Shown: piece after piece, positions 1-10,223 of the stretch
Position numbering within the stretch: position 1 is the first letter of the stretch
Layout of the letters: the number at the start of each line of letters is the position of its first letter
Source of the DNA: an uncultured archaeon
Lineage (GTDB): Archaea; Asgardarchaeota; Lokiarchaeia; Sigyniarchaeales; SOKP01
Direction: 5' to 3'
NCBI GenBank assembly: GCA_964508365.1
Contig: CAZDTP010000001.1
Coordinates: 32,001-96,000 of the forward strand
DNA length: 64,000 nucleotides
Notes under the pieces: model-generated
What the model was told of the DNA's origin: nothing
Database searches by the model: none
The model's input: the letters and a program-made list of their open reading frames with translations, nothing else
Position numbers and translations under genes: made by a program

Positions 1-36
1 GCAATAGAAGCATTCACCATCGTCGTATCTATCTAA
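1..36 (+). CDS. Possible 3' end of a gene entering the window (AIEAFTIVVSI*)
   Basis: Open frame from base 1 to TAA at 34-36, followed by T-rich terminator-like sequence. Too short to assign. Confidence 0.3.
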   Translation, partial: AIEAFTIVVSI

Positions 37-170
37 AATTTCTGCTATTAACTCAACTTTTTTCCTATTGTTAATTTTTCACACCTAATTCTCTATATTA
101 AAATCTTTATTATAATATTAGTTCAAGATATAAAAAAAGTATAGGTGAAATTTTTATTAAGAAAATTGAA

Positions 171-1205
171 TTAAATTACCATCCTTGAAGCGTTGATTAA
201 GGATTTTTCAGCGTTTTTTACCATGTTATCCATTATATCTTTAATGCTTTCAATAGAATTAATAATCCCAATACTTTGACCCAGTAATACTGCACCATCA
301 TCGATATTTCCATTGTAAGTCATTTCATAGTGTTTTTGGTCCTCTAGAGCTTTTTCTGGAGTAAGTTGAGCTTCAAGAGCCATCTTTTCTTCTTTATTAG
401 TTACTACTCCATGGTGAAGTGAGTATTTATTCCTCCAAAGTCTAATCGGTCCTAAAACGCCTGTAACCCAAATAGTGTCATTTGCTCTCGCGGCAGGTAT
501 AATATTTTTATAATTTTCATGAAACTCACTCTCTTTTGAGGCTATAAATCTAGAACCCATCGCAATCCCTCCTGCTCCAAGTGATAAAGCTGCAGCCATC
601 CCTTCTCCTGTAGCTATCCCTCCACAGGCTACTATAGGGAGATCAGGATGTTTTTGCTTTACTTGTTGTAACAAAACCAAAGAACTTATTTTTTCATATG
701 ATTGATGACCTCCTCCTTCCCATCCTGTTACTACTACTCCATCACATCCAGCAACTACGCATTTGTCTGCTAACCATAGGGCAGGTGCTACATGAAAATG
801 CTTTATATTTGATCCATTATCTCTTAGTTTTTGAAAAGCATTGTTATAAATCATCTTTGGAGTACCGGCGCTAGTGATTATGTAAAGACACTGTTCTTTG
901 ATCCTTTGATTATTGTTAATGAACCTAGGAATAGCTCGACAAAGCCCTGGCGCATCAGGCTGCATTCTTGATGTTCTAATATTAAACCCGAAAGGTTTAT
1001 CTGTATGCTCGACCACATATTCCATATTTTTTTTCATTTCACTTAAACTACTCTTTCCAAATAAATTAGTATGACTTAATACTCCTAATCCCCCAGCTTC
1101 TGAAACAGCTACCGTTAATTCTGTTGTATAAAAGGGACCCATCGGAGCGGCTATGATAGGATGCTTAATCCCAAACATTTCTGTAATATTAGTCTTTAAA
1201 CCCAA
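171..1205 (-). CDS. Nitronate monooxygenase / FabK-like FMN-dependent oxidoreductase
   Basis: HPIIAAPMG, EAGGLG, WEGGGH, ACGGIATG and MGSRF motifs of the NMO/FabK family. Confidence 0.9.
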   Translation of the reverse strand: MGLKTNITEMFGIKHPIIAAPMGPFYTTELTVAVSEAGGLGVLSHTNLFGKSSLSEMKKNMEYVVEHTDKPFGFNIRTSRMQPDAPGLCRAIPRFINNNQRIKEQCLYIITSAGTPKMIYNNAFQKLRDNGSNIKHFHVAPALWLADKCVVAGCDGVVVTGWEGGGHQSYEKISSLVLLQQVKQKHPDLPIVACGGIATGEGMAAALSLGAGGIAMGSRFIASKESEFHENYKNIIPAARANDTIWVTGVLGPIRLWRNKYSLHHGVVTNKEEKMALEAQLTPEKALEDQKHYEMTYNGNIDDGAVLLGQSIGIINSIESIKDIMDNMVKNAEKSLINASRMVI

Positions 1206-1634
1206 TCTTTTTTCTCCTATAAATTGAAAATTTTCTTATGGAAGTAATATGATATGTATTAATTAATCTTTTTGAACCTTTAAATATGAAAAAATGAAAA
1301 TGTGATGGACAATTATGACTTTCTATACTAAAAAGCTAATTTTTTAAAACATTTTCTTTATTGCGGGAAGAATCCGAAAATACTATTGAAATATAAAATA
1401 ACAATTATAGATACAACAACGAAAACTATCGATAGAACATAAAACTTCTTTTCATTTTAGGACCTTTAATAGGATTTTTATCTCTGTGTTTAGTCCGTAA
1501 AGAATTTGATTTCGCAAATGTAGGTCAAGGTAAAAAATAAATATGCTTATAACTAAGACTTTTTTTGGTTGCACATAGTAATAAAAAGTGGCTATAAAAA
1601 TGTTTTTACTCTTCTAATTTCATCATCAATAACA

Positions 1635-2055
1635 TTAATGTCTTCTAAAGCTTTTTGGTGTAATTTGAACTTCATAAACCATTTTTTCTTCTTTACTAGA
1701 TACTACACCATAGTGTACAGAATAATTATTTCTCCAAAGTCTAATCGGTCCTAAAACGCCTGTAACCCAAATAATATCATTTGCGTCCATATTTGGAACG
1801 ATATTTTTGTAGTTTTCATGAAACTCGCTTTCTTTTGACACGTTGAATCTAAAACCCATTGCGATAGCTCCAGTTCTTAGTGATAAAGCCCCGCCCATCC
1901 CTTCCCTAGTAACAATTCCACCACAGGCTATTAAAGGGATATCAGTATATTTTTGCTTTATTTAGCCAATTAGAATTTTTCAAACTTGAGATACGATTTT
2001 TAGCATGTTTAATTAATCTTATAGCCATTTTTATCCCCTGCTTCCATCTTCTCAA
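1635..2055 (-). pseudogene. Truncated, frameshifted tandem copy of the nitronate monooxygenase gene (C-terminal half)
   Basis: 42-bp identity between 433-474 and 1732-1773. Peptide SKESEFHENYKNIVP..WVTGVLGPIRLWRN matches 171-1205. About a 2-nt deletion near 1655, no N-terminal half, and frame disruptions above ~1950. Confidence 0.85.
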
Positions 2056-2183
2056 GATTTTGTTCTAGAAGTTAAATAACTATCGGTTTAGGGACTCGAT
2101 TCAAGGGACATAAAAAATGTTTAAAATATTAGATATATTATTTTAATGCAATTAAACAATGTAAAATAACTAATAAATTCAAA

Positions 2184-2831
2184 TTGTCATTTGATAATAA
2201 AAAAGTTAAGGATTTATTTGACGAATATTCAGAGAATCTTTCATTTTGGTATTTAGATGCATTATTTAGTCAAGCTACTGTAAATTCTCGATATAGAAAA
2301 AATGCAATCAAATTTTTAGATTTAACGCCAAATTCAAATATTATTGATATTGCATGTGGAACGGGATTTAATTTCAAGATCATAGAAAGTTATTTAAAAA
2401 ATAAAGGAACGCTTGTTGGATTAGATATTTCTCCGAAATCTCTTGAATACGCAAAAGGGAGAGTCATTAAAAATAATTGGACAAATATCAAATTAATATG
2501 TGCGAATATCGGCGATAATAATCCCGCTATTCAATTTGATGCAGCTCTTTGTACTTTTGCTATCTCTATAATCCCGGACTATATTGATACAATTGATACT
2601 ATTTATAATTTGCTTAAACCCAAAGGAAGAGTTGCCATCATTGGTATGAAACTTAGCTCTAAATATCCTTTTAAATTATTAAATTCCTTCATAGATAATT
2701 ATTATCTAAAATGGGGCATTAATGTCCATCGCCCAATTATTAAATACATTAAAACTAAATCATTCAAAATTGAATATTATAAGGATTGTCATTTTGGATT
2801 TGAATATATTCTTGGATTAAAAAAGATCTGA
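2184..2831 (+). CDS. Class I SAM-dependent methyltransferase (UbiE/MenG-like)
   Basis: IIDIACGTGFN motif I, VGLDISP, FDAALC. Confidence 0.85.
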   Translation: MSFDNKKVKDLFDEYSENLSFWYLDALFSQATVNSRYRKNAIKFLDLTPNSNIIDIACGTGFNFKIIESYLKNKGTLVGLDISPKSLEYAKGRVIKNNWTNIKLICANIGDNNPAIQFDAALCTFAISIIPDYIDTIDTIYNLLKPKGRVAIIGMKLSSKYPFKLLNSFIDNYYLKWGINVHRPIIKYIKTKSFKIEYYKDCHFGFEYILGLKKI

Positions 2832-2893
2832 CTTCATACCAAATATTACTTCTTAGGCGTATTTGATTTTTATCAAAATGGGACGTTTTTGTT

Positions 2894-3328
2894 TTATATT
2901 ATTGGTTTATCTCTACAATACCCCATAACTAATAAAATGAAGATTATAGCACATCCAAGAAGTTCAAAAGCACCAATAGGTAGAAATAAAATAGTAAGGA
3001 TCATGGTAATGAGTAAACTACCCATTCCAATCCAAAATCCCCATAATAAATTTTTCATAAGCCCAATTGCAGAAACCGTTCTCATTATAGTAAAAGCCCA
3101 GAAAAGGGGTGCGAGAGATAAAGGTTGGGTCTCTAAAAGTTGTTGTATTATAGGGATACCCCATTCTAAGTAAAGATTGGGAATGATATTAAATGCAATT
3201 AGGATAATAGCTATGCTATCTGATATTTCTAGTAAGGAGTAGAGTAGCATTGAAATTGATGCTATATAAAGATACTTATTTTCTTTAATTTTATAGGTGT
3301 TTTTGGATTGTTCCATAGATATCTTCAA
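2894..3328 (-). CDS. Hypothetical membrane protein (~4 TM)
   Basis: 144-aa ORF with several hydrophobic segments, co-oriented with the upstream ICMT-like genes. Confidence 0.65.
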   Translation of the reverse strand: MKISMEQSKNTYKIKENKYLYIASISMLLYSLLEISDSIAIILIAFNIIPNLYLEWGIPIIQQLLETQPLSLAPLFWAFTIMRTVSAIGLMKNLLWGFWIGMGSLLITMILTILFLPIGAFELLGCAIIFILLVMGYCRDKPII

Positions 3329-3345
3329 ATTATTTTAATTATTAT

Positions 3346-3906
3346 CTATTTTAATTTTGATGTCTTTATTAATTTCGGAAATAATGCTCCTGTTCTTTTC
3401 TGGTATTCCTTATATTTTTCACCGAATCGTTTAACAAGATCTATTTCTTCATAGTGAATCATAATGGGAGTATAAATTATGATAAATAATGAGGAAAGAA
3501 TTACCAAGAACCATGAATTAAACATAAAACTCATAGCAGTAAACATAGGAAACTCTCCAAGAGTTTGAGGATGTCTAATATAGTTATAAATTCCACTATA
3601 CATTTTTGTTTCTTTAGAAGGAGTTAGAGTTTCAGCTCCAGCATCCTTCATCCCCCTGATCAGAAGATATGACCCTGGTATCAATATACAGATTCCTATG
3701 ATTATCCCAATCCAGATATTTGAACTGATGATCCACTCATTTACAACAGGAAGAGGAAACCAAATCCAAATGATTAAATTTGCTATAGCAATAAATTCAG
3801 CTAATCCTCCAATTGAGCGGAATTTTTTACAATCTTTCCAAGCTTTGTCACCATATTTTTCTGAACGCTTCATAGGTTGGATACTGAGGGTGTAAAAATA
3901 GCCCAT
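3346..3906 (-). CDS. Isoprenylcysteine carboxyl methyltransferase / PEMT-family membrane methyltransferase
   Basis: GIYNYIRHPQTLG and EEIDLVKRFGEKYKEYQKRTG motifs plus TM helices. Confidence 0.85.
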   Translation of the reverse strand: MGYFYTLSIQPMKRSEKYGDKAWKDCKKFRSIGGLAEFIAIANLIIWIWFPLPVVNEWIISSNIWIGIIIGICILIPGSYLLIRGMKDAGAETLTPSKETKMYSGIYNYIRHPQTLGEFPMFTAMSFMFNSWFLVILSSLFIIIYTPIMIHYEEIDLVKRFGEKYKEYQKRTGALFPKLIKTSKLK

Positions 3907-4071
3907 AACAAAAAATGTGCTTAGTAATAAAATAAAATTTATAATCGAGATTAGTATAAGAGTATTACACCTCTATCAACAATGAATATTATTAAACTGT
4001 AGAAATTAATGAATATATTTAACCTTATTGTAGTCTCTTGATAGACTTGAAATTAACATAATATTGACTAT

Positions 4072-4941
4072 CTATGCCATTCCAATAAAAAATTTAAAGA
4101 ATAATCCCCAATTTTTAGGGTGTACAAAAAAAGCAGGAGTTTTTTTTCTATATTCTGTGTAAGAATCTCCAAATCGATTGATTAATTCTTTTTCTTCTAC
4201 AAAATGAACATGAATATACATTCCAATGTATAAAATCAGAAAAAATATAATTGAATATAGAGTCAATTGGATAATCATTCCTCCAAAACAAAGAAATAAT
4301 ATTCCACTATATGTTGGGTGCCGCAATATTGAATATATCTTATGATCGTGCAATTCACTTTCTTCAGGAAAATAAAGATAAACGACAGTCATGTAGTCAA
4401 TACCAAAAGTTTCTATCGCTCTAAATATCATTACCACTCCCAAAACACATAAAAATCCTCCTAAAAAAAGGCGTATATATTCAAGAGTTGGAGCGATTGG
4501 AGTAATATATGATGTTAATGGAGTTATGAATACCCAGAAAGGGGATTGTGACCAGAAACTAAGATTCCATAAATAAAAAGGAATAAAATTATGTAGCAAA
4601 ATACTAAAAATGACGACGACACCTCCGAATCCCGCAAGAAATACTCTTTGATAGGATAATTGACCATATTTCGCTTTTAAACGATCCCGATGGTACCACA
4701 TTTGATATACTAAAAAAATCGCTAATGAAGCCATCAACATTACGCCTAAGATTGGAAAGGAGATACTTAAATATCCCAACATACCCTCAAAAGGAATTAC
4801 TGTTGGTAAAAGATCAAAATAGAGTTGGATAGTTAAACTAATGGTAAAAACGGAGATTATATATAACGGAAGCATAATTATCTTTTTACCTGAGAACTTT
4901 GGAATCTTTTCTCGAAACTTTTTTGCCCCTTTAATATTCAT
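4072..4941 (-). CDS. ICMT/PEMT-family membrane methyltransferase with extended N-terminal TM region
   Basis: IYSILRHPTYSG and EEKELINRFGDSYTEYRKKTP motifs. Confidence 0.85.
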   Translation of the reverse strand: MNIKGAKKFREKIPKFSGKKIIMLPLYIISVFTISLTIQLYFDLLPTVIPFEGMLGYLSISFPILGVMLMASLAIFLVYQMWYHRDRLKAKYGQLSYQRVFLAGFGGVVVIFSILLHNFIPFYLWNLSFWSQSPFWVFITPLTSYITPIAPTLEYIRLFLGGFLCVLGVVMIFRAIETFGIDYMTVVYLYFPEESELHDHKIYSILRHPTYSGILFLCFGGMIIQLTLYSIIFFLILYIGMYIHVHFVEEKELINRFGDSYTEYRKKTPAFFVHPKNWGLFFKFFIGMA

Positions 4942-5230
4942 CTTGTTTAACCCATTTATTTTTTATTCAGTTCAATTTTTAAAATTGGTAGAAATTAGCT
5001 TGTAATTTTAAATTTATTTAAAATATGTATGATTAGTTTTTTAATAATCATTTTCCGGGCAACTTGTAGTTAATTATAGTACATCTGGCACGGTATTAAA
5101 AATTGTGTTTTATTCTAGGCATTTTGGTAATGTCTGTTTCAATAACCATTTTTCATCCCCTCACATTTATTTTAAATTATGTATTAATGATTGGTGCAAT
5201 TATACATTATAATCAACAAAAATAGAAATA

Positions 5231-6202
5231 GTGAATAAAACGAGTCCAGACATAATTAGTTTAGGTGAATTATTGGTCGAAATAATGCGCACGGAAATTG
5301 ATGTACCACACGGAAGAATTGGTTCTTATTACAAAGGTCCATTTCCTAGTGGAGCTCCAGCAATTTTCATAGATTCTGTAGCTCGGATGTCAGTACCATT
5401 TAAATTTTCAACAGGGTTTATAGGTGCAGTTGGAAATGATGAGTTTGGTGAAACTATAATTGAGAAAATAAAAAATGACAATGTTGATGTATCCAAAATA
5501 AAAGTGAATGAAAACAGACCCACGGGAATTGCGTTTAATCAATATAATTCTGATGGTTCTCGAAAATTTATTTTTTCTGCAGGTGCTGCGGGACAAATAT
5601 CTCCTGAGGATCTTGAAAAAGATTATTTTTCGAATATTAAAGCTCTTCACATTATGGGAAGTTCCCTTTCAATAAGTGAGAGTTCCCGAAAATCGTGTTA
5701 TAAAGCAGTAGAAATTGCAAACTCAATAAATCCGCAAGTAGTTATCTCATTTGATCCAAATTTAAGACCAGAAATGCTAGATATAAAGACGATAATAGAA
5801 ATATCTAAACCAGTATTAGACAGGACTACTATATTATTCCCAAGTGGAGAAGAAGCAGAAATGTTAGCTGGAATCAAGGGAGAAGTAAATGCATGTAAGG
5901 AATTAATAAAGAAAGGTTTAAAACTAGTCGTTTTGAAACAAGGAAAAGAAGGGTGTACTATATTTTCTTCTGGATTAGCAGACGATATAAGGGTTCCAGG
6001 ATTTAAAGTTGAGGAAACAGACCCTACTGGAGCGGGTGATTCTTTTGATGGAGCTTTTATTGTTGGTTATTTAGCAGGATGGGATTTAAAAAGAGTTGGA
6101 ATGTTTGCAAATGCCGCTGGAGCTCTGAAAGTTCAGTTTTTTGGTCCGATGCCAAATACTTCTTATAATGAAGTAATAAATTTAACAAAAAAAAAGAAGT
6201 AG
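5231..6202 (+). CDS. PfkB-family carbohydrate kinase
   Basis: LGELLVE, PSGAPA, FDPNLRP and DPTGAGDSFDGAF signature. Confidence 0.92.
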   Translation: MNKTSPDIISLGELLVEIMRTEIDVPHGRIGSYYKGPFPSGAPAIFIDSVARMSVPFKFSTGFIGAVGNDEFGETIIEKIKNDNVDVSKIKVNENRPTGIAFNQYNSDGSRKFIFSAGAAGQISPEDLEKDYFSNIKALHIMGSSLSISESSRKSCYKAVEIANSINPQVVISFDPNLRPEMLDIKTIIEISKPVLDRTTILFPSGEEAEMLAGIKGEVNACKELIKKGLKLVVLKQGKEGCTIFSSGLADDIRVPGFKVEETDPTGAGDSFDGAFIVGYLAGWDLKRVGMFANAAGALKVQFFGPMPNTSYNEVINLTKKKK

Positions 6203-6218
6203 TTTTCCTTAACTAACT

Positions 6219-8204
6219 TTACTTTAAATGTAGAGAATATACTTGAGCACCAACTATTTGATCGTCCTTAATTGTATAGTATCTAAATCCTGGGGGTTTA
6301 AATTTGAATTTAGCAGATAGAGGACCAACCGCTTGCGTTTGAAATACAAAGGGCTTATTAGCGTCAAACCATGCTTTTAAATCGAGTGGATTTTTGATTT
6401 CTTTAAATTTATCCCGATATCGTGAGGTGTAAATTTCACACGGTACTTCAATGTAAATTGGGAAAAACCAAAAACCAAAATTAATCCTCTCTGTATCTTT
6501 AGCTTCTCTTAATCGGTACTCTTTTAAAGTATGAGTATGCCCACACATAACAATATCTACTTTTCTCCTAACAACCTTATCTGATCCAGTAAAGATTTTC
6601 AAAACGGTAGACCAGTTATACATAATTGTTTGATATTTGAGATTAAGTATCTTATCCAATCTTCCAGTATCATTATATTTTCTTAAATTGCTTTCGTAAA
6701 AATCTTCCCATTTTAAAGGTCGATTTTTAATATTTAAAACTTTTTTATATTTTCTCCTTTTGTATCCACTAAGGTTTGGGGAAACTGGAGGTGTATGCAT
6801 AACTACTATCACCTTTTCATTATGGGCTAATTGAATAAAAGCACGTAATAAATCTACTTGGTATTCTTTAATTCCTTTTGTGCTTGGCCCACCTTTTAAT
6901 AAATCATGCATATCTGCAATTGAATCTTGACCTGTATCAAGGAATATAAAGTTATAATGATCTCCTATTTTAAGATTAAAGTTGAGATTCGGATTGATAT
7001 ATCTAAAATAATCCTTTAAATATTTGTCTCTCGACCTAAGAGCAGTGAAATAGTTGAAGAATTTAGTATCATAATATCCCTTTACATCTGAATGAGTCAT
7101 CCCGAAAATTTTATGAATTTGACCAAAACGCATCCCATAGTGTTCCCTTCGATAATCGTGGTTCCCCACTGTTGTAAAAATTGGAACCATAATTTCTTGG
7201 GAATTAACAAATTCTTCATCAGAACCCAAAAATGGTGGCTTTTCCAATCCTTTATTCCTTCCAAGCAAAATATCTAAAAAAACAAGAAAATTATTCTTAT
7301 ATTGATAATTACCTCTAGCGATATTCAGGTAATCTATTAAATCTCCAGTCATTAACATGAAATCTAAGTCCTTCTGCGAGGACTTTGTGTTTGCAAAATC
7401 GATTAACATTCTCAAATTGGAATTGAAGTTAAATTTTGCTCTTCTTAAATCGTCGTATCGATCTTCTTGAAATTCCTCTTTAAACTCGAAATTTCTCGTA
7501 AGAACTAGTGTATCTATTCTCTTCTTTTTTTTTTCATCGGTTCCACATCGCTCTATCTTAGATCTTGCATTATTTTTTAAATAATTTAATATAAAGTCAT
7601 TTCTTCGAGCAATATGAAAGTCAGTCGCGTGAATGAAACTGAAATCATTCCAATCTTTATCAAAAATAGCGATGCTATGGTAGTTAACTTTATTCTCGGT
7701 TAAATTAGGGATATCATGTACAATATCAAATAAGAGAAAATCTCTATTTACCTCTTTTAGCAATTTCTCAATCGCTAAAATATCACGAATTTCAAACTTA
7801 ATTCTATAGAGTTCTTCTCTTTTTCCAAATACATCGTCAAATTGAAATACACAATTATTAATATCCCATACAATACAATTCTCTTCTTCTAAAATGGGTT
7901 GATCTCGGAAATCTAATTTTTCTATTTTTTCGATTTGAACTAGATGTAAGTCGATTAAGTCTCCTCTTCTCTTTTCAAAATCACCCCTCTCTTTCAAAAT
8001 TGGCTGAATAAATAAATTTAGGTGAAAATGCTCAAGAATATTCTTAGTTGAATGAATTTTAGATGCAATAATGAGGGCTTCGAATGATAAATTTTTAATT
8101 GGAAACTGAGCTTCTTGTTTATAATCTCTCAAATTTAATAATACAGGTTTTCCAATATTCGGAGATATAATTATAGGATAAATTCCTAGTTCTAGATCAA
8201 TCAA
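6219..8204 (-). CDS. Large calcineurin-like metallophosphoesterase
   Basis: All five metal-ligand motifs: ATDFH, TGDLID, VGNHD, VMHTP, CGHTH. Confidence 0.85.
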   Translation of the reverse strand: MIDLELGIYPIIISPNIGKPVLLNLRDYKQEAQFPIKNLSFEALIIASKIHSTKNILEHFHLNLFIQPILKERGDFEKRRGDLIDLHLVQIEKIEKLDFRDQPILEEENCIVWDINNCVFQFDDVFGKREELYRIKFEIRDILAIEKLLKEVNRDFLLFDIVHDIPNLTENKVNYHSIAIFDKDWNDFSFIHATDFHIARRNDFILNYLKNNARSKIERCGTDEKKKKRIDTLVLTRNFEFKEEFQEDRYDDLRRAKFNFNSNLRMLIDFANTKSSQKDLDFMLMTGDLIDYLNIARGNYQYKNNFLVFLDILLGRNKGLEKPPFLGSDEEFVNSQEIMVPIFTTVGNHDYRREHYGMRFGQIHKIFGMTHSDVKGYYDTKFFNYFTALRSRDKYLKDYFRYINPNLNFNLKIGDHYNFIFLDTGQDSIADMHDLLKGGPSTKGIKEYQVDLLRAFIQLAHNEKVIVVMHTPPVSPNLSGYKRRKYKKVLNIKNRPLKWEDFYESNLRKYNDTGRLDKILNLKYQTIMYNWSTVLKIFTGSDKVVRRKVDIVMCGHTHTLKEYRLREAKDTERINFGFWFFPIYIEVPCEIYTSRYRDKFKEIKNPLDLKAWFDANKPFVFQTQAVGPLSAKFKFKPPGFRYYTIKDDQIVGAQVYSLHLK

Positions 8205-8317
8205 TGCACAAAACTTCGATGAAATTAACTTAATAATTATTAATTGATTTCTTTTATTAAAATAATTTAGTTAGAATAATTTTTATATAACAATTTCTTG
8301 AAGCATGTGTTCTTATA

Positions 8318-9796
8318 ATGGAAAAATTATACCAACCAGATTTTAGTTCTATATTTGGGGCAAAATATGCAAGTGCGTTTACCTATGGTCAAATTGACTC
8401 TTTAATATGGCCAATTTTTAACGAGATCGAGGGATCAAAGGCTTTAACAAATCTTTTAGAACTAAAAAATCACGACGGAAGAAGTTACTTCTATAATAGA
8501 AAAATATGTATTGAAGATGAGAAAGTAGAGTTGTTTTCTTCAAATATTAATTACGGATTTATTCAAGCAATGGATTTAAATAAAGCATATGGAATTACCA
8601 ATAGGGATGTCTTATCTGTTGTAAGAAGTGACCCTAAGATATTTAAAGGAATTTTATCCTTTAATCTTGAGAATAGTGCCCGTGCGGATTTAGAATCACT
8701 AGCAAATCAAATTCCTGTTGTTGGAGTAGTTCTTTATCCCTCTTTTTGTAAAATTGATATAACTGATGTTAATAACGAGAATTTACGCGAATTACTTAAT
8801 TATTGTAAAAAAAAGGAATACTTCGTGAAGATTGACATAGGAAATATGAATCTACCAGAAAATTACGCTGAATATACGACTTATGATAAAGTTAAGGCTT
8901 TTTTATCGAAAAATCCAGATATTATCATCATTTTAAGTGGATTGGATTTTTCGGGAGATTTTAATCTATATTACCAACTTTTAAAATTGTACAATAACTT
9001 ATGGATTGAGGTGGATCCACGAACTATTGGAGGAATGACGCCAACTGATTATTTTAAGGAACTCTTCTCATTGAAAGGATTTATTCAAAATACTTGGCAT
9101 AGGATAATAATAGGAAGTGCAACACCCACTTTGGAGATGTCCCAGATGAAAAGAGGGTTCTTGGAAGCAACAGAAATATTAAATTTTCCTCAAAGAAATT
9201 TGTTGAGAAGTTGGGCTTTCAGAAATGCTAATAGGTTAAGCCCTTCTATATTTGAGCCTACAATAGAATCGAATTTGTTTAGAGCAGTTAAAGAAATAAA
9301 AAAAATTAAACAAATTAAAAACGATAACGAGGTAATTATTTCTTATAATGTAAAGATGAGAAGTTTTGCTATTACTCAATTATTATTTTTTACAGATCTA
9401 ACAAATGATCTCTTTAAATCTTGTATAGAAGAAAATCCTCATTTTAAAGATGGGGAAATTTTTATTAGATCCTACCATACAACAGTTAGCTTAATTATTA
9501 ACGAACATGAATTTGGTAATTTCCTCGATATGCATTACAAGTTTGCAGAAATATCCTCAAGGGATAGCTCTCAATTCCTACATACCGTAAGAGCTCTTGA
9601 GAATCGCCCTGATTTCAACTACTTTGACCACGATTTGGCAAACACTTATGGCAATCGACAATTAATTTTACCCGTTCTTGATGGTAAAATTAAAATTGGG
9701 AGTCGTGAGAATTTTTATGTATTAGTAACTTTTGGTCCTAGAACATTTAACATTCACATTAAAGTTAAACTAACAATGGATAAATACTCCCATTAA
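8318..9796 (+). CDS. Degenerate amidohydrolase-like TIM barrel fused to a C-terminal YjbQ/UPF0047 domain
   Basis: C-terminal RSYHTTVSLIINE, LPVLDGKIKIG and FGPRT resemble YjbQ. N-terminal GVVLYP, IIILSG and IIIGSATP follow the Amidohydro_2 strand pattern but lack the His/Asp ligands. Confidence 0.6.
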   Translation: MEKLYQPDFSSIFGAKYASAFTYGQIDSLIWPIFNEIEGSKALTNLLELKNHDGRSYFYNRKICIEDEKVELFSSNINYGFIQAMDLNKAYGITNRDVLSVVRSDPKIFKGILSFNLENSARADLESLANQIPVVGVVLYPSFCKIDITDVNNENLRELLNYCKKKEYFVKIDIGNMNLPENYAEYTTYDKVKAFLSKNPDIIIILSGLDFSGDFNLYYQLLKLYNNLWIEVDPRTIGGMTPTDYFKELFSLKGFIQNTWHRIIIGSATPTLEMSQMKRGFLEATEILNFPQRNLLRSWAFRNANRLSPSIFEPTIESNLFRAVKEIKKIKQIKNDNEVIISYNVKMRSFAITQLLFFTDLTNDLFKSCIEENPHFKDGEIFIRSYHTTVSLIINEHEFGNFLDMHYKFAEISSRDSSQFLHTVRALENRPDFNYFDHDLANTYGNRQLILPVLDGKIKIGSRENFYVLVTFGPRTFNIHIKVKLTMDKYSH

Positions 9797-10223
9797 TTTT
9801 ATTCAATCCAATGCAATAATGGAATTGCCAAGCATTATAGAATAAAAATCCCCTGAGCTTTCTAAAGTCGCAATTACCATATTGATTAATAGATATTACT
9901 CTAATTGGGCTACAATTTGTTAAATTCTACTATTAAATGGTAGTATCAATTTTTAATCTTTCTATAGATTCCCTTATATAAACTTATTGCTTGAAATAGA
10001 GACGAAATACCTCTAAGAGAAAATAAACTCAAAAGTTTAAATATTTATAATGAGTATATTTTATAAAGAATTAAGTAAGTTGTAGAAAATGAATATTTAT
10101 TTACAACATTTTGTTGAACAAAAGAAACCCAATTTTTTGTATTGTAATAAATATTAAATTATAGATTCCCAATTCTTCTTTTATTAAATGATATTCTAAA
10201 AAATCTTAAAATAAAACTATAAT

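Noticed and set aside
1350-1620. Short hydrophobic minus-strand frames (e.g. KKFYVLSIVFVVVSIIVILYFNSIFGFFPQ*)
   Set aside because: No start codons and broken by stops. Such frames are expected in T-rich DNA, although a decayed membrane gene cannot be excluded.
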